From Chitinophaga pinensis (GTDB lineage Bacteria > Bacteroidota > Bacteroidia > Chitinophagales > CAMDFR01), in assembly GCA_945897725.1 (NCBI GenBank), contig CAMDFR010000002.1, forward strand, positions 70,200 through 134,199: DNA of 64,000 nt, in the 5' to 3' direction. Below are positions 38,990 to 48,811 of the stretch, piece by piece. The position numbers and the translations under genes are program-made. The first letter of the stretch is position 1. Each line of letters starts with the position of its first letter. Under the pieces are notes generated by a model. The model saw only the letters and a list, made by a program, of their open reading frames with translations, was not told where the DNA came from and did not search any database.

Positions 38990-40861
38990 TTGAAAGATTT
39001 ATTTTCCTCAAGAGCATCGGTCATTAAAATTGTTTTCATTGTAATTGGGTCTATGTTTTTTTTGAGATTGTTTTATCTCCAGGTTCTTAGCAGTGAGTTT
39101 GCTCAGCAGGCAAACAACAATGCTATCAAACAAAGAAGGGTAGAACCAGCAAGAGGTTTGATTTACGATAGAAACGGCAAGATATTGGTTTATAATGCTC
39201 CAATCTATGATGTTTTCGTGAATCCTTCGCAGGCAAAAAATAAAGCAATAGATACGACTAAATTCTGTGAGTTGTTGTCTATTTCTAAAGAGCAATTTAT
39301 CAAGTATTATAAAAAGGCAAAGTTGGAGTTTCCAAACAAACAATCTGTTTTTTTAAGTCAAGTTTCCATCGAAGACTACTCAAAATTTCAAGAGTACTTA
39401 AATCAGTTTACGGGCTATAGTGGCGTGGTAAGAACGATGAGACAATATCCCTATAATAGCGCTCCTAATTTATTTGGATATATTGGAGAAGTGAGCGACA
39501 GACAAATCGAAGCGTCAGAAGGATATTACCAACCCGGAGACTATGCCGGCAAATTTGGCTTGGAAATGAAGTACGATGATTATTTGAGGGGAACCATTGG
39601 AATCAATTATTATTATGTTGACAAACTTGGCAGAGAGCAAGGCTCCTACGAAAAGGGTGAATATGACCAAAAGCCAATTGCCGGAAAAAATCTAATTTCT
39701 ACCATCGATATAGAGTTACAGCAGTACGGGGAGAAATTGATGCAGAACAAGAGAGGAAGCATTGTTGCCATTGAGCCAAAAACTGGTGAAATTCTTTGTT
39801 TAGTAAGTAGTCCTTCTTTTGACCCTAATTTATTGACCGGTAGGAAGCGTGGAGAGAATTATATGAAACTCTTGAATGACCCTCAGAAACCATTAATCGA
39901 TAGGCCTTTGACAGCTACCTATCCACCAGGATCTACTTTTAAAGTATTTAATGCATTGATCGCATTGGGAGATGGAAGTATCACTTCTGATTATGGATGG
40001 TCTTGTGGTGGTGGTTATCATTTGGGAGGGGGTAAAGTGGTGAGATGCTCGCATCCACATCCCTCTGCGGCCAATCTCATGGATGGATTAAAGTATTCTT
40101 GTAACCCATATTTCTGTGCCACATTCAAAGCTTCAGTAGAAAATGCTATTTATACTTCTACAGAGGTCGGTTATCTTCATTGGAGGAATGTGATGTTAGC
40201 TATGGGAGTAGGTCAAAAAACGGGTATTGATCTTGCTGGTGAAAAAAGTGGTAATGTTCCTACCCCTGAATATTATAATAAGATTTATGGAAAAGGACAA
40301 TGGCATGCTAATACAATTATTTCTTTAAGTATTGGTCAGGGCGAGATTCTGATGACACCTCTACAAATGGCAAATGGGTATGCATTAATTGCTAACCGAG
40401 GATATTATTATACACCTCACTTGATTAAGAAGGTAGAAGGCGATTCAACAAATGAATTTAAATTGAATTATCCATTACATAATCCTGGTATTGCTTATAT
40501 TCTGTACGATGCCGTCTGTGAAGGATTAAGAAGGGTGGTGGAGTCTGGAACGGCACATTCTTGTGCGATTCCATCTATTCAAATGTGTGGTAAAACAGGT
40601 ACGGCTCAGAATCCTCATGGTGAAAACCATTCATTGTTTGCTGGATATGCTCCTTTTGAAAATCCTAAAATTGCAATTGCTGTAATTGTTGAAAATGGTG
40701 GCTATGGCGCTACCTATGCAGCACCTATCGTAAGTTTAATGGTGGAAAAATATATCAATGATACTATTGAAACAAGTAGACAGAAGATGGAAAAAAGAAT
40801 GTTTGACGCAGACTTATTAAATACAGGAAACTATGGAAAGAAACCGGAAATTATTGAATGA
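38990..40861 (+). CDS. mrdA: Penicillin-binding protein 2
   Basis: RGLIYDRNG, YPPGSTFK (SxxK), SCN (SxN) and KTGTAQ. Confidence 0.95.
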   Translation: MKDLFSSRASVIKIVFIVIGSMFFLRLFYLQVLSSEFAQQANNNAIKQRRVEPARGLIYDRNGKILVYNAPIYDVFVNPSQAKNKAIDTTKFCELLSISKEQFIKYYKKAKLEFPNKQSVFLSQVSIEDYSKFQEYLNQFTGYSGVVRTMRQYPYNSAPNLFGYIGEVSDRQIEASEGYYQPGDYAGKFGLEMKYDDYLRGTIGINYYYVDKLGREQGSYEKGEYDQKPIAGKNLISTIDIELQQYGEKLMQNKRGSIVAIEPKTGEILCLVSSPSFDPNLLTGRKRGENYMKLLNDPQKPLIDRPLTATYPPGSTFKVFNALIALGDGSITSDYGWSCGGGYHLGGGKVVRCSHPHPSAANLMDGLKYSCNPYFCATFKASVENAIYTSTEVGYLHWRNVMLAMGVGQKTGIDLAGEKSGNVPTPEYYNKIYGKGQWHANTIISLSIGQGEILMTPLQMANGYALIANRGYYYTPHLIKKVEGDSTNEFKLNYPLHNPGIAYILYDAVCEGLRRVVESGTAHSCAIPSIQMCGKTGTAQNPHGENHSLFAGYAPFENPKIAIAVIVENGGYGATYAAPIVSLMVEKYINDTIETSRQKMEKRMFDADLLNTGNYGKKPEIIE

Positions 40862-42179
40862 GTTTGATTGGGTCATCATTGCCATCTATGCGACCTTATT
40901 ACTCTTTGGTTGTTTATCTGTATATGCAGCATCCTTTCGTGAGTTAGAAGCTTCTTCTTTTGCACAAGTATTTGATATAAAAACGTCATTTGGAAAACAA
41001 ATGATGTGGGTGGCTATCTGCATTGTGATGGTAACTTTTGTCTTATTAGTAGACAGTAAATTCTTTACATCTCTTGCGTATCTAAGTTATATCATTTCAA
41101 TACTTTTATTGGTTGCGGTATTAGTCGTTGGCAAAGAAATCCATGGTAATAAATCATGGTTTGGTATTGGTTCATTTGGAATTCAACCAGCAGAATTTGC
41201 TAAGTTTTGCACAGCACTTGCATTAGCAAAGTTTTTATCCAATCAAAATATTGAGATAAAGAACATGAGGAATATGCTTACTGCATTTGCTATTATTGGA
41301 TTGCCTGCAGCACTTGTACTTATGCAACCTGATTTAGGTTCAATGTTGGTGTTCTGTTCTTTTGTTATTGTATTATATCGAGAAGGCCTAAACCCTTTAT
41401 TTCTTATTGTTCCATTCTTACTTCTGCTATTTAGTATTGTGGCGCTGAAATTTGGAGCACTGGTTCTCGCAATACTTGTTTTAGTTTCTTTGTCATTGTT
41501 TATATACTACAATTTTAAAAAAAGTATAAGAGCGATCATGCTTATTGTGTTCTTGCATTGTTTTGTAATTGGTTATGGCTATTCGGTAGATTTTATCTAT
41601 AACAAAGTCATGAAGGATTATCAAAGAGCCAGAATTGATTATACACTTCGAATTAGTTCCAAGCAAACTATTAACAAGCCTTTAGTTAAAGAAGAGGTAG
41701 TCTTAAAGCCCCATACTGGCGAAAAAAAACATCGTAAATTTGATGATTGGAATATTCGTCAATCCATCATTGCTATTGGATCAGGAGGATTACTCGGTAA
41801 AGGTTTTCTAAAGGGAACGCAAACAAAATTTGAGTTTGTACCAGAGCAAACGACAGATTTTATTTTTTGTACCATTGGAGAAGAAGAGGGCTTCTGGGGA
41901 ACAACGTTAATACTTGCATTATACATCGGTTTACTATTGCGACTTGTGTGGATGGCAGACAGACAAAGATCTAAATTTAGTAGAATCTATGGTTACAGCG
42001 TTGCATGTATTTTGTTTTTTCATTTTTTAATTAATATTGGAATGACTATTGGAGTTGTTCCTGTGATTGGCATACCTCTGCCATTCATTAGCTATGGAGG
42101 TTCTTCCTTGCTTGCCTTTACTTTGCTTTTAATGATTATGGTGAAGCTAGATGCGGATAGATTGCATGTGTTAAGATAG
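40833..42179 (+). CDS. rodA: Rod shape-determining protein RodA
   Basis: IQPAEFAK, QPDLGS, QSIIAIGSGG, PEQTTDFIF and PLPFISYGGSS. Confidence 0.95.
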   Translation: MERNRKLLNEFDWVIIAIYATLLLFGCLSVYAASFRELEASSFAQVFDIKTSFGKQMMWVAICIVMVTFVLLVDSKFFTSLAYLSYIISILLLVAVLVVGKEIHGNKSWFGIGSFGIQPAEFAKFCTALALAKFLSNQNIEIKNMRNMLTAFAIIGLPAALVLMQPDLGSMLVFCSFVIVLYREGLNPLFLIVPFLLLLFSIVALKFGALVLAILVLVSLSLFIYYNFKKSIRAIMLIVFLHCFVIGYGYSVDFIYNKVMKDYQRARIDYTLRISSKQTINKPLVKEEVVLKPHTGEKKHRKFDDWNIRQSIIAIGSGGLLGKGFLKGTQTKFEFVPEQTTDFIFCTIGEEEGFWGTTLILALYIGLLLRLVWMADRQRSKFSRIYGYSVACILFFHFLINIGMTIGVVPVIGIPLPFISYGGSSLLAFTLLLMIMVKLDADRLHVLR

Positions 42180-42887
42180 TACCTGATGTAGAATTGGCGG
42201 CGATTTTAGGGGTTTGAAATTTTCGATATGATAACGAAAATAAAGTTGCACTGCATCCAACATTTCTCTTCTTTCTTGGTTTTTTTCATAAATATTTGCA
42301 GGGAATTCCTGTTGCAGTACCTCATTCCAATATCGGCTGCATGTCCTATTAATGGAGTATTCGTCTTGAGGAATAGAATGAAACAATCCCTCCTTAAGAC
42401 TAAAAAAAGGATGCAGGTTGTCGAACTCATTTCCAGGTTCGTAGCCTATCTGTTTGCTCAACTGAATGGCAAACCATACAGGAAAAGCAACATCATCACA
42501 ATCCATTTTATCTAAATGTAAGATGCTGTTGATTATAAAATGGTAAAGAGAATCGTTGTTTTCTTGTTCTTGGATGGAGTGGTTTAGAAGTTCCAAAGTA
42601 AAAAGACAAATGCTTGTCTTAATGATATGATGCGAGATATGTTTGAAAAGGTGTGCCAGTTTATATTCCTTCACGTGTTGAAGATTTTTATTCTCTCTAT
42701 TGTACACTTCAAGATCTAAAATATTTCCCGCTTGTAACAAAACAGCTTTTCCAATAGATTTAGTCGATCTAACGCCATTTACCATGTAAGAAACAAGTCC
42801 AAATTTTTCGGTATATATCCTACAGATAAGGCTAGATTCGCCATATTTAAGCGTTTGTAAAACAATTCCTTGGGTAGATTGTATCAT
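42171..42887 (-). CDS. recO: DNA repair protein RecO
   Basis: TQGIVLQTLKYGESSLICRIYTEKFG N-terminus; YFRYHIENF...KS C-terminus. Confidence 0.92.
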   Translation of the reverse strand: MIQSTQGIVLQTLKYGESSLICRIYTEKFGLVSYMVNGVRSTKSIGKAVLLQAGNILDLEVYNRENKNLQHVKEYKLAHLFKHISHHIIKTSICLFTLELLNHSIQEQENNDSLYHFIINSILHLDKMDCDDVAFPVWFAIQLSKQIGYEPGNEFDNLHPFFSLKEGLFHSIPQDEYSINRTCSRYWNEVLQQEFPANIYEKNQERREMLDAVQLYFRYHIENFKPLKSPPILHQVLS

Positions 42888-43074
42888 CTTGTAGAAACAA
42901 CATTTTTGTTGCTGAAATAATATAGTGCTTTAAAAGGGCTTTTTTAAGAAATGAATTGTTTACACAATCAAGAATGCAAATTTACGTTTATCTTATCAAA
43001 GTGAGATTAAATTTAAAGCATGTTAATTGTTGAATTTTAATTTGAGAATACATTATTCTATATAATATTGCATT

Positions 43075-43740
43075 ATGATAGCAAGACAACTGATAGCAGA
43101 TACCATTCCTGCTCTAAATCTCCAAGACAGTGCCTCCAAAGCCCTCGATCAGATGCAGGAATTTGGGATTGAAATGCTTCCAGTGGTTGACGAAAACAAA
43201 AAGTATGTGGGCTTGTTAACGGATGAAGCTATTCTTGATATTCAAGATATGGACCTTCCACTTAAAGATTTGCCATATGCCTTAACACATCCTTTTGTGA
43301 AAGCCAACATGCATATTTTTGAAGTTATAAAAATTGCAGCAGAGAATAATCTTTCATTGATACCGGTGTTGGAGGATGATAACTTGTTTATTGGAACCAT
43401 CACTTTGCAAAGTCTGTTTAGGTATTTTTCTAATATTAATTCCCTGACTGAGCCTGGAGCAATCATTATTTTAGAAACAGCCATAAATAGCTATTCACTC
43501 TCAGAAATCTCTAGAATTGTTGATTCTTGTGATATCAAAGTACTTGCCTTATATGTAAATATACTAAGAGATAAGTCAACTATTGAAATTACGATGAAAC
43601 TCGACAAGACAGATTTATCGTCGCTATTAAATACATTCGAAAGATTCCAATACACAATCCTAGCTTCCTTTCAAGAAAAGGAATACATCCAGGATTTAAA
43701 AGAACGATACGATGAATTCATGAATTTTTTGGATATTTAG
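43075..43740 (+). CDS. CBS domain protein
   Basis: Two CBS repeats (LPVVD, IPVLE) and the C-terminal YSLSEISRIV...ERYDEFMNFLDI typical of the Bacteroidota family. Confidence 0.88.
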   Translation: MIARQLIADTIPALNLQDSASKALDQMQEFGIEMLPVVDENKKYVGLLTDEAILDIQDMDLPLKDLPYALTHPFVKANMHIFEVIKIAAENNLSLIPVLEDDNLFIGTITLQSLFRYFSNINSLTEPGAIIILETAINSYSLSEISRIVDSCDIKVLALYVNILRDKSTIEITMKLDKTDLSSLLNTFERFQYTILASFQEKEYIQDLKERYDEFMNFLDI

Positions 43741-43876
43741 TTGGTTTTTGTCTAATATCCTGTAATCCAACTCTGTTAACAATTTTATTTATTTCTAAGA
43801 TACATTGCATATAGGGCCAATAACCCTTATTTTTGCACTTCTTTTTTTAAGTAAACATTACTAAACAAACACTTAA

Positions 43877-46036
43877 ATGGCAGTTATAGGTAAAATACGT
43901 GGGCTAGGATGGAAATTAGCCTTTATTATTGGGATAGTCTTATTTTTATTCCTTATCAGCAGTGAGTTACAGAATGTCAATGGCTTATTTAATGGTAGCA
44001 AAACTACCTTAGCTAATATTAATGGAACTTCCATTAGTCCCCAAGATTTTGACAAAAAGATAAACGAAAACGAAGCTAACTTTTTGCTAAACAAAAGAGA
44101 TGGTAACCAAAACATCAGTGAAGAAGAAAGACAGCAAATTAGAGAACAAACATGGAATGAGTTGAAAACTAGTACCATCATGGATAAGGTATATCAGGAA
44201 AATGGTCTTTTAGTGACTACTGAAGAGAAACTCGAATTGACTCAAGGCAAATTTGCTCATCCTGTAATGAAACAAAATTTTCCAGATCCAGCTACTGGTG
44301 GTGTGAACAGCATGGCTGTGAAACAATTTGTAACTAGTTTAGATAAACCTCAAGAAGGTTTTGAACCAGGTCAGAAGAGAAAAATTTGGACTAACTTGGA
44401 AAAATATATTGTTGATGATAGACATAACACAAAATATACTGGACTCCTTTCCAAGACTATCTATGCTCCAAAGTGGGCCGGAGAGATGCTGTATAATGAT
44501 TATACTACAACGTCAGACTTAAGTGTGATTCAATTGCTATATGGTTCTATACCAGATAAAGATGTAAAAATTGAAGACCAAGATTTGAAGGAATATTTGA
44601 CCGCACATTCTAAAAAGTATGAAACAAAAGAAGAGAGCAGAAGAATTAAGTTTGTGACTTTTGCAGTTACTCCTTCTACTTTTGATTCTTTGGAAGTTTC
44701 AAAATATATGTCAGAGAAATTTGCTGAGTTAAAAACAACAGACAATGACACCGTATTTATTAACTTATATTCTGAGTCACAATACAACGGCCAATGGCAA
44801 CGGAAGTCAGAGATGTCTGGTGCTAATATAGACTCAATATTCAGCCTTCCTGTTGGAGGATATGCTGGTCCTTACTACGATGGGATGGCTATGAAAGTAG
44901 CTAAAGTAACCAATAGAAAAATGCTTTCTGATTCAGTACAATACCAACAAGTATTTTTTAGCATTAAAACTCAAGAAGAGGCAAATGCAAAAATTGTCAT
45001 CTTCGACAGTTTGTTCAAACAACTAGATACATTAGGTGGTGACATGACAGCCATTGCAAATGCCTTCAGTGAAGATCCAGCAAATACCCAGCAAATTAGT
45101 GCAACAGAAGGAATGAAACTAGGAGGATTTAAAGGCTGGACAACAAAAAGTATGGTTTCGCCTCAATTAGCTTATTTCTTGTTTGACAACAACGAAGGTA
45201 GGTATATGAAGGTTCAGGACGATAAAGGTATCTATATTTTAAAGGTGGTGCGAGACAATCCTACAGTACCTGCCATCAAAGTATCGTACCTTACAAAATC
45301 TATCATTCCTAGCAAAGAAACCGAAGATGGTATTCTTTCAACGGTATCTAAATTTGCAAATGATAATCATGATGCCAATAAATTTGAGCTTGCAACTAAA
45401 AAAATCTCCCCTCTAAATACTAGAGAATTTACCCTCGCAGAAAATGATTATCAAATTCCTGGTGTTGGAATCTCTCGACAATTAATTCGTTGGGTATATG
45501 AAGCCAAAAAATTTGACGTATCAACTCCTTTCCGTGTTGACGATAAATATGTAGTAGCAATGGTGAGACAAATAGTTCCTAAAGGAGTACCATCTGTTGA
45601 TCAAATTAAAGTGGAGCTAACATCTGCTGTTTTAAAAGAGAAAAAGGCAGCTTTGCTTTCCAAAAAAGTAACAGCAGCTGCAGCAAAAAGTATTGATCTA
45701 CTTGCATCTAAATTGGGTGTTCAAGTGGTTCAAATACCTGGTGTTAATTTTGCAAACCCATATGTTGGAAATTTGAGTAGAAATGGAGAACCTGCTGTGG
45801 TTGGTGCTGCTGCTGGTCTTGTAAAAGGTAAATTATCTTCTCCAATAGTTGGAAACGAAGGTGTATATGTATTGGTGGTGAATGACGTTAAACCGGTTCC
45901 GGTAAAAGATGCATCTCAATACAAAATATATGGATCTGGTGTTGGACAACAAATTGCTTCAAGAATCGTTTCGGGCATTGCTAAGGCAATTGTAGAGAAG
46001 GCAAATATCACCGACAATAGAAGTACATTCTATTAG
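43877..46036 (+). CDS. PpiD-like periplasmic chaperone / peptidyl-prolyl isomerase (SurA N-terminal domain)
   Basis: MAVIGKIR plus TM anchor, SurA_N-like region, degenerate rotamase (FSEDP...GGFKGW) and EPAVVGAA...GNEGVYV. Confidence 0.85.
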   Translation: MAVIGKIRGLGWKLAFIIGIVLFLFLISSELQNVNGLFNGSKTTLANINGTSISPQDFDKKINENEANFLLNKRDGNQNISEEERQQIREQTWNELKTSTIMDKVYQENGLLVTTEEKLELTQGKFAHPVMKQNFPDPATGGVNSMAVKQFVTSLDKPQEGFEPGQKRKIWTNLEKYIVDDRHNTKYTGLLSKTIYAPKWAGEMLYNDYTTTSDLSVIQLLYGSIPDKDVKIEDQDLKEYLTAHSKKYETKEESRRIKFVTFAVTPSTFDSLEVSKYMSEKFAELKTTDNDTVFINLYSESQYNGQWQRKSEMSGANIDSIFSLPVGGYAGPYYDGMAMKVAKVTNRKMLSDSVQYQQVFFSIKTQEEANAKIVIFDSLFKQLDTLGGDMTAIANAFSEDPANTQQISATEGMKLGGFKGWTTKSMVSPQLAYFLFDNNEGRYMKVQDDKGIYILKVVRDNPTVPAIKVSYLTKSIIPSKETEDGILSTVSKFANDNHDANKFELATKKISPLNTREFTLAENDYQIPGVGISRQLIRWVYEAKKFDVSTPFRVDDKYVVAMVRQIVPKGVPSVDQIKVELTSAVLKEKKAALLSKKVTAAAAKSIDLLASKLGVQVVQIPGVNFANPYVGNLSRNGEPAVVGAAAGLVKGKLSSPIVGNEGVYVLVVNDVKPVPVKDASQYKIYGSGVGQQIASRIVSGIAKAIVEKANITDNRSTFY

Positions 46037-46058
46037 TCTAAATATAAGTGAACAATTC

Positions 46059-46089
46059 AAAAAGGTTTGCACTAATGCAAACCTTTTTT
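46059..46089 (+). terminator. Rho-independent terminator (bidirectional form)
   Basis: AAAAAGGTTTGCA-cta-ATGCAAACCTTTTTT. Confidence 0.8.
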
Positions 46090-46169
46090 ATTGTCTTTTG
46101 TAGTTTTATGCAGCTATTTTAGCACCCTTGTTTCTTTTTTATTTAAGCATTCGCATCAAAAATAATAAA

Positions 46170-46691
46170 ATGAAAGAGCCCCAAAATTCAGTTATTAATA
46201 AGTCTATAGAAACGATAGATCTTGCGACTTGGCTACCATCGGAGAGTGAAATTTTGCTCTTTGATATAAAACCATTTCTTTACAAAGATTTAATATTAAA
46301 AGAAGATGACTTTAGAAATGCCTTAAAGCAAATAAATTGGGCCTTGTATCAAAATAAATTTGTTATGATTCAATGCTCCAATAATGCCATAGTTCCAATT
46401 TGGGCATATATGTTGGTTGCAAGTTGCTTGGCTCCTTTTGTATCTTATTCGTCATTTAGTTCCAACATGAATGAGTTCAAGTCACGTCTGCTTATTCATC
46501 TGCTATCACAATACGAGATTTCTAGGTTCAAGAACAAAAGGGTTGTGATTAAGGGTTGTGGCGATAAAAGTATTGGGAATGAAATCTATGTTGCACTTAC
46601 CATAGCGCTGACTCCAATAGCAAGGGCAATTATGTATGGCGAGCCTTGCAGTATGGTTCCAATTTTTAAACAATCTGTAGATGTACAATAA
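46170..46691 (+). CDS. DUF2480 family protein
   Basis: LILKEDDFR, AIVPIWAYMLV, VVIKGCG and IMYGEPCSMVPIFK. ATG at 46170 preferred. Confidence 0.85.
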   Translation: MKEPQNSVINKSIETIDLATWLPSESEILLFDIKPFLYKDLILKEDDFRNALKQINWALYQNKFVMIQCSNNAIVPIWAYMLVASCLAPFVSYSSFSSNMNEFKSRLLIHLLSQYEISRFKNKRVVIKGCGDKSIGNEIYVALTIALTPIARAIMYGEPCSMVPIFKQSVDVQ

Positions 46692-46698
46692 GGAAGCA

Positions 46699-47664
46699 AT
46701 GTCCAAAATAAATACAAGGTTATTTTTTTTGTTGTCCACCCTGGGCGTCTTTATAACGTTGGCTTTTACAAGTCAAAAGAGGCATCAATACGCAGCAAAT
46801 TTCATTCGTCCTGCTGAAAACAACAACACAGTTTTATCTGAAAAAGAAGTAGATGACTCACTTCATTATTTACCTGTGTTGCCGGTAAGATTGGGTGATA
46901 GCCTTAATTTTTGCGGAGAAAGAATGCCACTTGAGGACTGGGATGTTAAAGAAAGAATGGATAGAGAAATGCTTGTGAATTTATATTATCAAAGTAATAC
47001 TATACAATATTTAAAGTTGAGCAAACGATACTTCGCTGATATAGAAAAAACATTGAAAGAACAAGGAGTTCCTGAGGATTTTAAATATTTGGCTTTGGCA
47101 GAAAGTGGTTTGCGAAATGTAACTTCTCCCTCAAAGGCAGTTGGTTTTTGGCAGTTTTTAAGAGAAACCGGAATACATTATGGATTAGAAAGTAATGAAT
47201 ATGTTGATATGAGGTATGATCCACATAGTGCTACTCTCGCTGCTTGTAAGTACCTAAAAGAAGCATATAAGAAGTTTGGCAGTTGGACAATGGCTGCCGC
47301 ATCCTACAACATGGGACAGGCAGGATTATCCAATGATGCTTCCTTTCAACAATCTAATAATTATTATGATTTACTCTTAAATACAGAAACCTCTCGTTAT
47401 ATTTTTAGAATCGTAGCTCTTAAAGAGATCTGTGAACATCCTAGCAAGTATGGGTTTCATTTAGACGAGGATGACCTCTACAAGCCTATTCCTTATACAA
47501 TAGTAACAGTGGATAGCTCTATCAACGATTTGGTAGGCTTTGCCCAAAGTTATGGTTGCAACTATAAACAACTAAAATTGATGAATCCATGGATACAAGG
47601 TCGTTATTTTAATAACAAATACAATAAGCCTTATGATATTAAAATACCTTACACAAACAAATAG
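46699..47664 (+). CDS. Lytic transglycosylase (SLT domain, MltD-like)
   Basis: YLALAESGL, AVGFWQF, AAASYNMG and ETSRY; LysM-like tail. Confidence 0.9.
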   Translation: MSKINTRLFFLLSTLGVFITLAFTSQKRHQYAANFIRPAENNNTVLSEKEVDDSLHYLPVLPVRLGDSLNFCGERMPLEDWDVKERMDREMLVNLYYQSNTIQYLKLSKRYFADIEKTLKEQGVPEDFKYLALAESGLRNVTSPSKAVGFWQFLRETGIHYGLESNEYVDMRYDPHSATLAACKYLKEAYKKFGSWTMAAASYNMGQAGLSNDASFQQSNNYYDLLLNTETSRYIFRIVALKEICEHPSKYGFHLDEDDLYKPIPYTIVTVDSSINDLVGFAQSYGCNYKQLKLMNPWIQGRYFNNKYNKPYDIKIPYTNK

Positions 47665-47714
47665 CTTGTTCTTTTAAAAAAAGTTTATATTTTTGCAATC
47701 CATTTAAACAAAAT

Positions 47715-47787
47715 GGTTCGGTAGCTCAGTTGGTAGAGCAAAGGACTGAAAATCCTTGTGTCGACGGTTCGATCCCGCCCCGAACCA
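47715..47787 (+). tRNA. tRNA-Phe(GAA)
   Basis: GGTTCGG acceptor stem pairing with CCGAACC, D-arm AGCTCAGTTGGTAGAGC, anticodon loop CTGAAAA, T-loop TTCGATC; CCA not encoded. Confidence 0.96.
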
Positions 47788-47801
47788 CTTTAAGTTTCAA
47801 A

Positions 47802-47837
47802 GACGCCTTGTAAATCAAAAATTTGCAAGGCGTTTTT
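47802..47837 (+). terminator. Terminator after tRNA-Phe
   Basis: GACGCCTTGTAAAT...ATTTGCAAGGCGTT followed by a T-tract. Confidence 0.7.
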
Positions 47838-47938
47838 ATTTAATGTTGTCAGCACCTAATTTAAAAATAAACACGCGAGTAAATGACTTTGCTTTCATAA
47901 TACATGTTTTTGAATAAGCATTGGAGGGGCACAAGACT

Positions 47939-48637
47939 TTAGTCTGGTAGATTTGCTGTTTTGTATAGTCTTGGTAAATCAAGAATTTTTATTTTTTTAC
48001 CAACGAGTTCAATCATGCGATCATTTCTAAATTCAGACAATAATCGAATGGCTGTTTCTGTTGCTGTGCCAACAAGATTGGCAATCTCTTCTCTAGAAAG
48101 GGTTACATTCAGTGTTTGTTGGTCCGACTCGAAATCATACGTATCTTTCATAATCAGAATCGCTTCTGCCATGCGCTCCCTTACGGGTTTTTGAGCAAGA
48201 TGTGTCATCTGTACCTCAGCATCTTTTAGGTCATCAGCAAGCAGTTTCATCATTTCAAAGGATAGTTGGCTATTTGCTTTTAAAACTTCAATAAAAATAT
48301 CTTTTGGGATAAAAATAAGTTCGCAAGATTCAAGGGCAACGGCAGAAGCATTGTATAAACTATCACTCAATAATGCCCTATATCCCATTATGTCACCTTC
48401 CTTAACAAGATGAATAATTTTTTCTTTGCCATCGTCACCAGTAATAGATAATTTAAATTTACCACTTTGAATACAATATAATCCTAACGCAGTAGTGCCT
48501 TCACGAAAAACAGTTTCTCCCTTTTTGAAAAAAGAATGTTCTAGGTCAGCATTCTTTATCAAGTTTTTAGTTTGCTCAAACAACGAGCTAAACTTTTTCT
48601 GAGTATTGTTTGATGGGGGTTGTTGGCTAGATGTCAT
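47939..48637 (-). CDS. Crp/Fnr family transcriptional regulator
   Basis: cNMP-binding-like domain (FKKGETVFREG...GDIMGYRALL) and HTH LSREEIANLVGTATETAIRLLSEF. Confidence 0.93.
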   Translation of the reverse strand: MTSSQQPPSNNTQKKFSSLFEQTKNLIKNADLEHSFFKKGETVFREGTTALGLYCIQSGKFKLSITGDDGKEKIIHLVKEGDIMGYRALLSDSLYNASAVALESCELIFIPKDIFIEVLKANSQLSFEMMKLLADDLKDAEVQMTHLAQKPVRERMAEAILIMKDTYDFESDQQTLNVTLSREEIANLVGTATETAIRLLSEFRNDRMIELVGKKIKILDLPRLYKTANLPD

Positions 48638-48741
48638 AAATTTACATTCACCCCTAAAATTAATAAATATTTTATGCTTTTAAAACAGATTCGTAGAATA
48701 TTTGTTATACAGGCATCTGTGAATCATTGTTGCAATTACCT

Positions 48742-48755
48742 TTGATGTTTGTCAT
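48742..48755. promoter_or_regulatory. Fnr/Crp-like box between the Crp/Fnr gene and ctaA
   Basis: TTGATGTTTGTCAT resembles TTGAT-N4-ATCAA (TGA-N6-TCA core). Confidence 0.45.
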
Positions 48756-48811
48756 AAAAATAAAAAAATACGTTTAAATCCATTTAATTTTACAACTAAC
48801 TTATAATAAAA

